Source of the DNA: Minisyncoccota bacterium
GTDB taxonomy: Bacteria > Patescibacteriota > Minisyncoccia > Phycocordibacterales > JABAAK01
NCBI GenBank assembly: GCA_958295675.1
Contig: OY282360.1
Coordinates: forward strand, 530,026-594,025
Length of the DNA stretch: 64,000 nt
Direction of reading: 5' to 3'
Positions within the stretch are counted from its first letter, which is position 1, and each line of letters opens with the position of its first letter. The notes under the pieces are model-generated. The model ran no database searches and had not been told where the DNA came from. It was given only the letters and a program-made list of their open reading frames with translations. Of the stretch, positions 42,460 through 54,856 are shown in pieces. A program made the translations under genes and the position numbers.

Positions 42460-45024
42460 ATGCACAGACGAGCAGCAGGCATCCTGCCTGTTTTCCTGCT
42501 GACCGCGACATTCGCGGTCGGCGAAACACAGACGGTACCGCTGTTCGCTCCCGCGAATGACGGTATTCGGCAGGGATTCACGCGAGTCGTGAATCTCGCA
42601 CACCGAGACGGTACGGTCACAATCCGTGCCCGTGACGATGCCGGTGTCCTGCACCGGAGTTCGTTCCGCATCGCTGCATCCGCGGTGTACCACTTCAACT
42701 CAGACGACCTGGAGAACGGCAATGCCGTGAAAGGTATCACCGGTATCGGCAACGGCACCGGTGACTGGCAGCTCGCACTGGACAGTGATCTGCCGATCGC
42801 GGTCACCGCGTACCTGCGTACCGATGACGGCTTTCTCACCGCGATGAACAACACCGTGGCACGAGGCCCTGACGGGGTCCACCGGGTCATGACCTTCAAT
42901 CCCGCCTCAAACGTGAACCAGGAGAGTATGCTCCGGCTGATCAATCGGTCGGGGCGGACCATCACGGTAACCGTGCGGGGTACTGACGATCAGGGTGCAG
43001 CGGGAGACCGTCCCGTGACGGTATCCCTCCGCCCCAACGGTGCACGTACCCTGAGCGCGAAAGACCTGGAGAACGGAGGACTCGGCGACGGAAGCGGTAA
43101 GTGGCGATTGCTCGTCACGGCACCGGAATCCATTGTCGTCATGTCCCTCATGAGCACCAAGGTCGGCTACCTCACGAACCTCTCATCGGCACCGGAAGGC
43201 ACCACGATTCCGCTGTTCACCGCGGTCTCGCGGTTCAGGCAGAGTTTCGCGCGGATCATCAACCGCTCACCGGAAGCGGGCACCGTGACGGTACGCGCCA
43301 GGGATGACTCGGGCACCGAACGGGGCTCGTTCACCATCCCCATCGGCGCCAATCAGGTGCGGCACTTCAACTCCGATGATCTGGAAAACGGCAGTGTCGC
43401 CAAAGGTGTCACCGGTGTCGGCGACGGTACCGGTCACTGGCGGCTGACGGTCTCCGGCGATCTGGACCTACAGGTACTCGCCTACATGCGCACCGATGAC
43501 GGTTTTCTCACCGCACTCCACGATATCGTGGGTGATGCGGGACGGACGCACCAGGTACCCATACTCAACCCGGGCAGTAACACCGACCGGGAGAGCAGTT
43601 TGCGAATAGTCAACACCACGGGTGCCGTGACCACGGTCACCGTCCGCGGCTTTGACGATAGAGGCAGAGAAGGCGACAGCACAGTCCGCATCACCCTGCG
43701 GGGCAATGAAGTGAAAACCTTCACCGCCAAACGGCTGGAGGATCTGGGACTCGGCGACGGCAGCGGTAAGTGGCGGCTCATGGTCACCGCGACCAATCCC
43801 GTCATCCTGCTGTCCCTCATACAGACAACAACCGGGCACCTCACCAACCTCTCCTACACACCGGCAGGCATTCGGGTCATCGCCAGACCGGTGGAAGCAT
43901 CGTTCACCTACGAGGAGGACGACGGCATCCCGTTCGGCATCCGCTTTGACGCCACCGCGTCCAAAGGAGACCTCACGGACTACGCCTGGGACTTCGGGGA
44001 GAACAGTCTGCGGGTTGACACCACGACCGGCACCGGTCCGACCCCCCTGTTTGTCTACGACAGTACCTGGTTCTTCGGGCGTACCCGGGGTGACCACCTC
44101 GGCTACGAGGGTCGCTACCCCGCCACGACGACCTACCCGGTCACCCTGACCGTTACCGACCGCTACGGCGCCACAGACACCCATGCCGAGACAATCACGG
44201 TAACCAACACCCTGTCCTTCGCCGGCATGCGCGACCTCATCGGTCGTATCACCGACGGCGGGCACCGCGGGAAACTCATTATCTCGGAGTTGGGTATCGG
44301 CGAGGCGTTCGAGGGCAGCCATGCCCAACAGACGGTGTATGTGAACATGAAGGAGGAGGGAGTACCCGCGGCGAGTATCGTGGTGCACGGTCCGGGGATC
44401 ACGAACCCGCGCGCACTCGGTTCGTTCGGCATCCTGACCCACCCGGACAACGCCGCCCTGCGCGCCGAGACCCTGGTGGTGAATCTGTCGGTACTGCCCG
44501 CCTTTAACCGATTGAGTGTACCGCACATCCCTGCGCACAATATCATATGGGTGGCGAGTGCGGGCAACCTTGATCCCGACATCGCGGCGTGCGGTCCGAC
44601 CGACCCGCGCATCCGTGATTTCTGGCGGTCTGACCATCCGTACTTCTCCTGTGAGGGGAGGGATCGCAGTCCCGTCTATATCGACACCATGGGCGCAGTC
44701 AGAACCGGCAAGGTGCTGATGGCGACCGCGGCGGTGCGCAGACAGGACGGCACGGTCGTGCCGGATACCGGTGTCATGATGTGCGGCGACACCAGGGAGC
44801 AGTGCTTCGCGGTGGAGCAGTCGAGGATTACCTCGGCATCGGCACCGGCACTCAGCGCGGCGGTGTTCCACCTCTTCCAGACCTACGAGGATGCGGAGGA
44901 TGTGGTGCACGCCCTGAAGTCGTGCGCGACGGATATCGGGGAGCCCGGGGTTGACCGTGAATTCGGTCAGGGGCTCGTTGACTTCCGCTGCGCTGCGGCG
45001 ATGCTGCCGGTTGTTGATCGGTAA
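42460..45024 (+). CDS. Secreted protein: four repeated beta domains, PKD-like domain, divergent S8-like domain (copy 1)
   Basis: Signal peptide, FNSDDLENG repeats, YAWDFG, SAGN, TSASAP, D.GEPGVD..FG.G. Confidence 0.8.
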   Translation: MHRRAAGILPVFLLTATFAVGETQTVPLFAPANDGIRQGFTRVVNLAHRDGTVTIRARDDAGVLHRSSFRIAASAVYHFNSDDLENGNAVKGITGIGNGTGDWQLALDSDLPIAVTAYLRTDDGFLTAMNNTVARGPDGVHRVMTFNPASNVNQESMLRLINRSGRTITVTVRGTDDQGAAGDRPVTVSLRPNGARTLSAKDLENGGLGDGSGKWRLLVTAPESIVVMSLMSTKVGYLTNLSSAPEGTTIPLFTAVSRFRQSFARIINRSPEAGTVTVRARDDSGTERGSFTIPIGANQVRHFNSDDLENGSVAKGVTGVGDGTGHWRLTVSGDLDLQVLAYMRTDDGFLTALHDIVGDAGRTHQVPILNPGSNTDRESSLRIVNTTGAVTTVTVRGFDDRGREGDSTVRITLRGNEVKTFTAKRLEDLGLGDGSGKWRLMVTATNPVILLSLIQTTTGHLTNLSYTPAGIRVIARPVEASFTYEEDDGIPFGIRFDATASKGDLTDYAWDFGENSLRVDTTTGTGPTPLFVYDSTWFFGRTRGDHLGYEGRYPATTTYPVTLTVTDRYGATDTHAETITVTNTLSFAGMRDLIGRITDGGHRGKLIISELGIGEAFEGSHAQQTVYVNMKEEGVPAASIVVHGPGITNPRALGSFGILTHPDNAALRAETLVVNLSVLPAFNRLSVPHIPAHNIIWVASAGNLDPDIAACGPTDPRIRDFWRSDHPYFSCEGRDRSPVYIDTMGAVRTGKVLMATAAVRRQDGTVVPDTGVMMCGDTREQCFAVEQSRITSASAPALSAAVFHLFQTYEDAEDVVHALKSCATDIGEPGVDREFGQGLVDFRCAAAMLPVVDR

Positions 45025-45049
45025 CTTCTTTTTTTCGCCTACAAGGCAG

Positions 45050-45080
45050 TACCCGCGCGGTTATCCGCGCGGGTTTTTTT
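45050..45080 (+). terminator. Intrinsic terminator (copy at about 48037-48067)
   Basis: acccgcgcgg/ccgcgcgggt plus T-tract. Confidence 0.75.
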
Positions 45081-45139
45081 ATTTGCTCTTATATACAGCG
45101 TTGCTAATGTGTTATGGAGTATATGAACAACTGGCAGTG

Positions 45140-45500
45140 GTACTTTTGTTTCGCTTGAGGGACTGCTGTATGTCCTGATTCTCGTTTGCGTAAATGATGT
45201 GCCACAGGTTTTTGTACTCGCTGCTGGTGACCAGGTGCTCCAGGGACAAGTTCCACAACTCGCACTGGTCGGACTACTTGCCCAGGTACCGTTGGTGCAG
45301 CTGTAGGTGGCGGATCTCTACGGAGAACCGGTACTGTCCCTCGCGGTATCGCTGCTAGCGGTTGTGGATGCGACTCTACCGCTACAGGTCCTACCGCTCA
45401 CGGTCCAGGAGACATCTTTCGGGGGGCAAGGCCGAATTTTGCAGGATCCCGTCCTTGTACTTGTTGACCAGGTACCGTCGTCGGTGCATCTGTAGGTGGC
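45140..45500 (-). pseudogene. Remnant of a Cys-rich repeat gene
   Basis: ATYRCTDDGTW...VSWTVSGRTC, in-frame TAG at 45318, then ATYSCTNGTW...WSPA; homologous to 48152-52425. Confidence 0.75.
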
Positions 45501-48011
45501 GAAACACAGACGGTACCGCTGTTCGCTCCCGCGAATGACGGTATCCGGCAGGGATTCACGCGAGTCGTGAATCTCGCACACCGAGACGGTACGGTCACGA
45601 TCCGTGCCCGTGACGATGCCGGTGTCCTGCGCCGGAGTTCGTTCCGCATCGCTGCATCCGCGGTGTACCACTTCAACTCAGACGACCTGGAGAACGGCAA
45701 TGCCGTGAAAGGTATCACCGGTATCGGCAACGGCACCGGTGACTGGCAGCTCGCACTGGACAGTGATCTGCCGATCGCGGTCACCGCGTACCTGCGTACC
45801 GATGACGGCTTTCTCACCGCGATGAACAACACCGTGGCACGAGGCCCTGACGGGGTCCACCGGGTCATGACCTTCAATCCCGCCTCAAACGTGAACCAGG
45901 AGAGTATGCTCCGGCTGATCAATCGGTCGGGGCGGACCATCACGGTAACCGTGCGGGGTACTGACGATCAGGGTGCAGCGGGAGACCGTCCCGTGACGGT
46001 ATCCCTCCGCCCCAACGGTGCACGTACCCTGAGCGCGAAAGACCTGGAGAACGGAGGACTCGGCGACGGAAGCGGTAAGTGGCGATTGCTCGTCACGGCA
46101 CCGGAATCCATTGTCGTCATGTCCCTCATGAGCACCAAGGTCGGCTACCTCACGAACCTCTCATCGGCACCGGAAGGCACCACGATTCCGCTGTTCACCG
46201 CGGTCTCGCGGTTCAGGCAGAGTTTCGCGCGGATCATCAACCGCTCACCGGAAGCGGGCACCGTGACGGTACGCGCCAGGGATGACTCGGGCACCGAACG
46301 GGGCTCGTTCACCATCCCCATCGGCGCCAATCAGGTGCGGCACTTCAACTCCGATGATCTGGAAAACGGCAGTGTCGCCAAAGGTGTCACCGGTGTCGGC
46401 GACGGTACCGGTCACTGGCGGCTGACGGTCTCCGGCGATCTGGACCTACAGGTACTCGCCTACATGCGCACCGATGACGGTTTTCTCACCGCACTCCACG
46501 ATATCGTGGGTGATGCGGGACGGACGCACCAGGTACCCATACTCAACCCGGGCAGTAACACCGACCGGGAGAGCAGTTTGCGAATAGTCAACACCACGGG
46601 TGCCGTGACCACGGTCACCGTCCGCGGCTTTGACGATAGAGGCAGAGAAGGCGACAGCACAGTCCGCATCACCCTGCGGGGCAATGAAGTGAAAACCTTC
46701 ACCGCCAAACGGCTGGAGGATCTGGGACTCGGCGACGGCAGCGGTAAGTGGCGGCTCATGGTCACCGCGACCAATCCCGTCATCCTGCTGTCCCTCATAC
46801 AGACAACAACCGGGCACCTCACCAACCTCTCCTACACACCGGCAGGCATTCGGGTCATCGCCAGACCGGTGGAAGCATTGTTCACCTACGAGGAGGACGA
46901 CGGCATCCCGTTCGGCATCCGCTTTGACGCCACCGCGTCCAAAGGAGACCTCACGGACTACGCCTGGGACTTCGGGGAGAACAGTCTGCGGGTTGACACC
47001 ACGACCGGCACCGGTCCGACCCCCCTGTTTGTCTACGACAGTACCTGGTTCTTCGGGCGTACCCGGGGCGCTCGCCACGGCTACGAGGGTCGCTACCCCG
47101 CCACAACGACCTACCCGGTCACCCTGACCGTTACCGACCGCTACGGCGCGGAAGCCACGCACACCGAGCCGATCACGGTAACCAACACCCTGTCCTTCGC
47201 CGGCATGCGCGACCTCATCGGTCGTATCACTGACGATGACGAACACCGCTACAAACTGGTGATCTCGGAGTTGGCTGATGGTGAAGCGTTTGAGGGCAGC
47301 CATGCCCAGCGGACGGTGTATGTGAACATGAAAGAAGAGGGCGTGCCGAAAGCGAACATCCATGTGCACGGTCCGGGGATAACGGACTGGCGCGTAGTGG
47401 ACGGTGCGTACGGCTTCCTGACCCACCCGGACAACGCCGCTCTGCGCGCCGAGACCCTGGTGGTGAACCGGTCGGTACTCCCCGCCTTCAATGAGCTTGC
47501 TGCGGAACACATCGCCGCGCACAATATCATATTTGTGGCGAGTGCCGGTAATGTGAACCACCATAGCGTGAATCAGTGCGATCCGCCGGACAATCCGGAT
47601 CGGGACCTGTGGCGTCCTGACCATTCGTACTTCACCTGTGATGATGGCGGTCGGCGGTGGATGTATACCGCAACGATGGACGCGGTCAGGACCGGTAAGG
47701 TGCTGATGGCGACCGCGGCGGTGCGCAGACAGGACGGCACGGTCGTGCCGGATACCGGTGTCATGATGTGCGGCGACACCAGGGAGCAGTGCTTCGCGGT
47801 GGAGCAGTCGAGGATTACCTCGGCATCGGCACCGGCACTCAGCGCGGCGGTGTTCCACCTCTTCCAGACCTACGAGGATGCGGAGGATGTGGTGCACGCC
47901 CTGAAGTCGTGCGCGACGGATATCGGGGAGCCCGGGGTTGACCGTGAATTCGGTCAGGGGCTCGTTGACTTCCGCTGCGCTGCGGCGATGCTGCCGGTTG
48001 TTGATCGGTAA
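45498..48011 (+). pseudogene. Copy 2 of the 42460 gene, without start or signal peptide (open frame from GTG 45567)
   Basis: Near-identical to 42520-45024; in-frame TGA at 45465 upstream. Confidence 0.7.
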
Positions 48012-48151
48012 CCTCTTTTTTTCGCCTACAAGGCAGTACCCGCGCGGTTATCCGCGCGGGTTTTTTTACTACCTGCGTTAGTTATATACACAAGCAATAT
48101 GCTACACACCCTAAATCTGACACACTGCGTTCGCCGGTCTTCCAATCATCA

Positions 48152-51100
48152 TTAGGATGTCGGACACCCGCTCGTGGTGCAGGCATTACCGGAGTGTTGG
48201 TAGGTACCGGCAGTGGCAGCATCAGTGGTACTTGTGGTGCACTGACAGGGACCCTGATTGCAAGTACCGATACTACTTCCTCCGGTCCAGGTTTGGTTGT
48301 TACAGCTGTAGCTTCTGGAACCCTGATAATCTCCGTCAGTATCTCGGGCAACAACAGTTCCATTCGTGGTTCTTGCGCTCAAAGTAGTGCTGCACGATCC
48401 CCATGTGACAGATCTCGCTGAGCATCCGGGTGGTTTCGCCACAGAGCAGGTGTCAATGGTTACGCCACCGTAGGAACACCGCCATTTGTAGTGCGTAGTC
48501 GTAGTCATCGCATAGCCACCACTAGCGTACCCAGGGCTGCAGGTATTTCTGGTTGTGCCGCATCCGGGTGGTTTCTTCTTGGAGCAGCGAGGAGAGTTGT
48601 AGCCTTTAGGAGATTTGCTGTCTCCGCTCGTTCCATCACACTGCCATCTGTAGTGCGTGTCCGTGTCAGTATACGTCTTGTCATTGTGTGTACCGTGTAA
48701 GCACCCGTTCCGCTCGCTGTTATTGCATACACCGTTCACCGGACACGCTATTTCCCTTTGACATGGTCCACCAGGAACACGCCAAGTGGGTCCTTGGTAG
48801 TATAGCCGGACACCGTTAAGAGCGGGATCGCCGGTGCCTACTGTACACACACACGCACCAGGACCGCATTTCGCCCCCGTATTCGGACTACTTGCCCAGT
48901 CCCCGTCGGTGCAGCTGTAGGTGGCGAATCCCCGATTATGACCGGTACTGTCTATCGCGGTACCGCTGCTAGCGGTTGTGGATGCGAGGGTACTGTTGCA
49001 GGTGTATTCAATGTTCTCGTCCTGATCATCGGGCACTGTCCAGGAGACAGTGTTCAAGGGGCAACTTATAGGTTGGCAGCTCGCAGCGGTCGGACCACTC
49101 CATGTTTCGTCGTTACAACTGTAGGTCGCGCTGCCGGTGTAGCCAGCAGATTTAGTATTGGCAACTACCTTACTTCCGCTTGCACTTGCTGTTCCTGTGC
49201 TTCCACCACATTGAGTTCCCCAAGTTACATCTTTATCCTCACATCCCGGTTTCTTTATGTCACAATACGCTATCTCAGTGTCGGGCTTTCCTATGCAACA
49301 CCAACGGTCAAGCGTAGTGGTATCTTGACATCTCGTGCCGGTGTTTGATTTGCGCCCGACTAAGCATTCATCTACTTCAGCATTGTTGCATACAGGTGTT
49401 TGTGGACAATTATTCGCCTCGTTGCAGGCACCGCTGCCGTCAGACCAGGTGCCGGCGTTCGTAGCATCGGTTTTTGATGTAGTGCAGTTGCAGGTTTTTG
49501 TCGGACAGTTATTCGCCGTGACGGTGCAGGCACCGCTGCCGTCAGACAAGGTGCCTTTGTTCGCGGCATCGGTTTTTGATGCGGTGCAGACACAAGGAAC
49601 AGGAGTGCATCCACTACCACAACACTGTGATTGGGTGCTTGAACCTGAGCAGGTGCCGCAGGTTGACTCGGTTACGGTTTTACTTCTTGATCTGCTTTGG
49701 GAGCCATTTGAACATGTACTCCAATCACTCCAAGGTCCCCATTGACAATTTGTCGCCGGTTTCGTGCCGGTCGTTGATCGTGAACCGCAGGTTCTGGACT
49801 GGGTGAATCTCTTGCCGCTACAGACCGTGTTTCGTGCCGGTGACCATGTCCCACTTTGGGGTTTTGTCCCGGTCGTCAACCGACTTGTTGCACAGTTATT
49901 ACACTCAGTGTTGCAGGTTCTGAACTGGGTGAATCTCGTGCCGCTACAGACCGTGTTTCGTGCCGGTGACCAGGAACCGCATTTAGGGCTCTTCGGACAG
50001 TTATTTGCCGAGACGGTGCAGGTATTGCCGGTGGTACTGCAAGTACCGGCGTTCGTAGCGTCTGTTTTTGATGTAGTGCAGTTGCAGGTGCCGCACGGTT
50101 TTTCCTTTTCGCAGACAGGAGAGTTTTTTCCGCCATTCCGTCCGTCGCAGCGCCATTTGTAGTGCGTGGTCGTGTCAGCCACCGCGGAGTCATTGGCATC
50201 ATTGTAGAGCGTGCCGGACGAGCACCTGTTCTGCCTGCTGGTATCGCATACGCCGTCTTGCAGACACCCACTCGTGGTGCAGGCATTCGTGCTGTCAGCA
50301 TCATCCCATGAGCCATTGTCGTTACATTTGTAAAATCCGCCACCACCCGTTGATCCATCAGTGTCCAATAGATTAGCGTATGCACCGGAAGGTGTAATTG
50401 AGCGGGAAAATCTGCAAATTCTGTTGTTGTCTTCACTCCATGTGACTATATCGGCGGGACAGGATGTGGATGAGCAAGTCGCACCGGTTCCGCTTAACCA
50501 TATTGAGTCATGCATATTGTCACTCCAATGTCTCCAGAAAATCCAAGAAGCATCGTATCTACTAAACATGGTTCTCCAGGTACCATTAACACATCTGTAG
50601 GCGGCGACACCGATTGTTGGTTTGGTGGCATCCCTCGCGACGCTGCCGCCACCATGTCGTGTTGTGGTTCGGGTGCCGGTGCAGGTGTGACTGCCTACTG
50701 TCCAATTGACCGTACCACCGGCACATGTTCTGTCGCACAATGCGAAAGATGGCTCGTCGCTCCAGGTGCCATTGGTACAGAGGTACTTCGCACTGCCGCG
50801 TGATGTTCCTTCGGTACTCCGTATGAAGACCTCTCCGCCGGAAGGTGCCATAGGTCGGGACGCTGTGCAAGTCCTGCCGTTCTTGGTCCAGCTGACTGTA
50901 TCAGCGGCGCAGGATGTCGTCGCACTTGTGCACCACGCGAACAGCGGGTTGCTCAAGGTACCATCATTGCAGTCGTAAATGGCTCTGCCGCGTGTCGTTC
51001 CAGTCGTGTCCCACACGGTGGTTGGATTTTCACCTATATCGGCTTCAGGAGTTACTTCTGGCAAGGAGCCCGAACAGGTCTTGCCGTTCACGGTCCATCT

Positions 51101-52425
51101 GACAGTACGACCGGCGCAGGATCTCTTGCACCATGTATGAGGTGTGGCACGGGTACCGGCGGTTGTGCTGTCGGTTGCGGACGGGGTGCAATTACAGGGT
51201 GGATCTCCATATCCGCAACTCATGCTAGTTGCGATCCAGTCGCCGTTGTTACAGCTATAGGTCGCGCTACCGGTTGACGGTCCGGTGCTATCAGTTGCAG
51301 TATCGCTGCTACCGGAGTTTGTCTCGTCTCGGGAACCGGTGCAGTCGTGATTGTCCACGCTCCAATCAACACTACCGCCTGAACACTTGAGAGGAGGAAG
51401 AGTTGTAGATTCGCAACTTGTGTTAGTCGGTTCGGTCCAGGCACCGTTGTTGCAGCTATAGGTCGCGCTACCGGTTGACGGTCCGGTGCTATCAGTTGCA
51501 GTATCGCTGCTACCGGAGTTTGTCTCGTCTCGGGAACCGGTGCAGGTGTGACTGCCTACTGTCCAGGTGACCTCATCGTCTTCTTGGCAGTGGGGAGGAT
51601 CGTCTGCACATGATGCGCTCGTTGGTTCTCCCCATGTCCTGTCATTATTACAGTGATAGGTCGCGCTGCCGGTGGGCGGTCTGTTGCTATCAATTGCAGT
51701 ATCGCTACTGCCGACCACTGTTGTGGTTCGGGAACCGGTGCAGGTCTTGTTGTTCACAGTCCAGCTGACACTTCCGCCGGAGCAGGATGGAACGGTAGCA
51801 GCAACCACCGGCACCACGATACCGCATGAGGTACTTTGTGTCCCTTTCGTCACCGTCACATAGTACGGTGAGTTGTACGGGTTGGCGATGTCTCCTGCGT
51901 TAATGGACAGGGTATCTGAGGTCATTGCGGTCGTTTCCTCACGCAGTATTCTGCTCTGCGTGTCAAACTTCCAGCGGTAGGTATAGTCACCGGCAGCGGA
52001 GAAGTTATCCGTGGTCACCGTTAAGGTGAACGACTGTGCCGTTGTCGGCGATGCGGGTGAGACCGACACTGCACAGGAAGGGACGGTCTGAATGGTCGCA
52101 CAGTCCAGCGACCCGTCATTGTTGACACCGCGGACATACTCTCCCGTGCCGCATACTTGGTTCACTCCCGCTTTCTGAACACTGGCACAGGTAACCTGTC
52201 TGACCCCGTTGACCGTGGTCACCTGCAGAAACTGTCCCGCAGGACAGTTCGTGGATTCCAGCAGTGCCTGCTCCGCGGAAATACATTCCAGTCCGTTGTC
52301 AGTTAAGCTGAGGATTCATTATCCGCGCAGGCGATTTGTGCGTTTGTCATGCCGTATGACACGAACAGCATGCTGAGTATACCTATAGCAAGTACAACTT
52401 GCAGGATTTTGTGGGTAATGTGCAT
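48152..52425 (-). CDS. Large Cys-rich surface protein with TSP1-like motifs; frameshift near 52315 separates the signal peptide
   Basis: VxWTV..TC...G.ATY.C..G.W repeats, WGPWSDWSTCS; MHITHKILQVVLAIG from ATG 52425 in another frame. Confidence 0.8.
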
Positions 52426-52482
52426 ATATACTTGTAGTGTATATCGCAGGGAAATAGAGTTTTTTTGGTGGTGGAAAAACAC

Positions 52483-53478
52483 CTACATAACATCCTGCCC
52501 TTGAAGGATGTCTTTTAGGGTGTCTTCCGCTTTCTCTGTATCTGTTTTTGTACGGTTACCATCCTCTTTCTGTGGAAAGTGACGGTGCCACAGCAGAAGG
52601 AGTGACGGCGCGAAAAAGAGCGATGAGTAGGTACCGGCAGCGACACCGACAAACAGTGCGACACCGAACCACTGCGTGACAGGCACCAGGGCTATAAGAA
52701 GGGCGAGAGGAATGACCGTTGAGACGGAAGTATAGAGTGATCTTCGGACACTGCTCCGCACGCCGTAATCAACCACTGTTCCGAAATTCTCTTTGTGTTT
52801 TTTTACCATATTCGTCTTAAGCCGGTCGCGGATACGGTCAAATATGACAATAGTATCGTTTATAGAATAGCCGAGCGTGGCAAGTAGAGCGGTTACAAAC
52901 AGCGCGTCAACGGATGCGGAGGTGAACGGCGCAAGCAGGGCAAAGATGCCGAGCGGCGCGGCGACATCATGCAGCAATGCCGCTATTGAGACAACACCGT
53001 ATTTCCAGGAAGCGATAGGCCGCGACACGCCTTTAAACACAAATGAAATATAGGCAATGATGATAATGGTTGCGATGATGAGGGCAAGAAGCGCTTTGCG
53101 TACCAGTTCCTGACTGATAGAGGGAGAGAACGATTGATACTCAGTGATGGTATGTGCGCCGACGGTATCAGTGATATGTGTGAGTAAACCTTGATATTCC
53201 TCGTCACTGAGCGCGCGCGAAGTGAATGACCATTCCGTTTCTGAAATCTGCTGCGGTGTGATATCATACGGAAACTCTGCAAATGCGGTATGCATACTCT
53301 GCGTAGATTGTTCACTCTGAAAATCAACCTGCAGGTGCGCGGTGCCGCTGAACTCCGGCGCGATATTCGGTGTGATGACGAAAACACTCAGCAGAAAAAC
53401 GACAATGAGCGCGACACCTATAACCGCGTGTTTTTCCGCGTGTCTGCTTATCATATGTTGAAATCTGTTTTGTATCAT
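52483..53478 (-). CDS. secF: Protein translocase subunit SecF
   Basis: ALLHDV, GYSINDTIVIFDRIR, GTYSS. Confidence 0.95.
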   Translation of the reverse strand: MIQNRFQHMISRHAEKHAVIGVALIVVFLLSVFVITPNIAPEFSGTAHLQVDFQSEQSTQSMHTAFAEFPYDITPQQISETEWSFTSRALSDEEYQGLLTHITDTVGAHTITEYQSFSPSISQELVRKALLALIIATIIIIAYISFVFKGVSRPIASWKYGVVSIAALLHDVAAPLGIFALLAPFTSASVDALFVTALLATLGYSINDTIVIFDRIRDRLKTNMVKKHKENFGTVVDYGVRSSVRRSLYTSVSTVIPLALLIALVPVTQWFGVALFVGVAAGTYSSLFFAPSLLLLWHRHFPQKEDGNRTKTDTEKAEDTLKDILQGQDVM

Positions 53479-53483
53479 ATATT

Positions 53484-54767
53484 TTAGTGAATATACCACT
53501 TTTTCATTCGATCCCGCAGCGCATCGGATGTGGTCCGCAGGAACAGCCGGGTAAGGAGATATGCCGAGAGCATACTGAGCAGCACACCGATGATGAACGC
53601 GAAGGCGAATCCTTTAATGATGGATGTGCCGAACCAAAAGAGCAGGAACGCGATGATGATACTGGTGAGATTCGCATCACGGATGGCGAGCCACGCGCGC
53701 GAGCAGCCGCGCTCTATCGCTTCGCGGCGAGATATGCCGTTCCGCAATTCCTCGCGCATGCGCTCAAAGATGAGCACATTCGCGTCAACGGCGAACCCGA
53801 GCGACATAATAAAGCCGGCAAGTCCGGCAGCGGTGAGCACCACCGGGATTCCCTTAAACACCGAGAGCATGACGGCGACATAGACGGCAAGCGCAAACAC
53901 GGCGACAATACCGACAAAACGATACGCCAGCAGGAAGAGCATACTGACCAGCAGCAGTGCTATCATCGCGGCAGTCATGCTCTTCGTCACGGTCTCAGAG
54001 CCGAGTGTCGGATTGACGGTACGCGTTTCGGAAAGTTCAATCGGCATCGGCAGCGCGCCGAAACTCAAACTGTCCGCGAGTTCTGTCGCTGATTCAAGGT
54101 TGAAGTTCCCTTCTATCTGTGTCGTGCCGCCGAGAATCGGCGTGACAATCACGGGCGACGATATGAGCGCGCCGTCCAGATAGATGCCGAGCAGGTTGCC
54201 GACATTGTTCCGCGTCAGATCGGCGAACATCCTGCCCCCTTCGCCGTTAAAGTTCACCACTACCACCGGCTCATTGGTAAGCGCGCCGCCGATGCCCTGT
54301 AAAAATTGCACGCCGGCGGAAGTAACATGCCCGCCCTGCAGACCCACAGAATCAAACTGTTCGGTCTCTTTGTTGAAAATGCGGAATTCAAGGTGCGGTG
54401 TCTGACCGATTGCCCGTGTCGCCTCGGCGATATCTGTCACGCCCGGCAACTCAACTACCAGCCGATGTGATGACGGAAGACCGGTCAGTACGGAGCTTGA
54501 AGCGGTGTAGACCTTCGGCTCGGATACGCCGAGCGCGTTCACCCGCCGCTCAATAACCTGTTGCAACGCGTCCATACGCCCGTTTATCTCCTCTTCGGGC
54601 ACATCAGAGGTATCGGCGACATAGGTAACCTGCGTACCGCCCGCGAGATCAAGACCGAATGAGAACGGAAACCGGTCTATATCACGGACATAGAAAACGG
54701 CAAGTGTGATAGCAAGTGCGAGAACGCAGACACTGGTAAGAGCAAGGATGATCCGCTGTTTTTCCAT
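53484..54767 (-). CDS. secD: Protein translocase subunit SecD
   Basis: GLDLAGG, RRVNALGVSEP, AVDANVLIFER. Confidence 0.96.
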   Translation of the reverse strand: MEKQRIILALTSVCVLALAITLAVFYVRDIDRFPFSFGLDLAGGTQVTYVADTSDVPEEEINGRMDALQQVIERRVNALGVSEPKVYTASSSVLTGLPSSHRLVVELPGVTDIAEATRAIGQTPHLEFRIFNKETEQFDSVGLQGGHVTSAGVQFLQGIGGALTNEPVVVVNFNGEGGRMFADLTRNNVGNLLGIYLDGALISSPVIVTPILGGTTQIEGNFNLESATELADSLSFGALPMPIELSETRTVNPTLGSETVTKSMTAAMIALLLVSMLFLLAYRFVGIVAVFALAVYVAVMLSVFKGIPVVLTAAGLAGFIMSLGFAVDANVLIFERMREELRNGISRREAIERGCSRAWLAIRDANLTSIIIAFLLFWFGTSIIKGFAFAFIIGVLLSMLSAYLLTRLFLRTTSDALRDRMKKWYIH

Positions 54768-54856
54768 ACCATTCCAGTATACACGGCAAGGATACAAAAT
54801 CCAGTTGTAAAAATAAAGGTTTTACAGACATTTCTATCGCGAACGCGGCAATGCTG

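Noticed and set aside
43468-47897. Long antisense ORFs of 480 and 483 aa
   Set aside because: Shadows of GC-rich codon usage in the + strand genes
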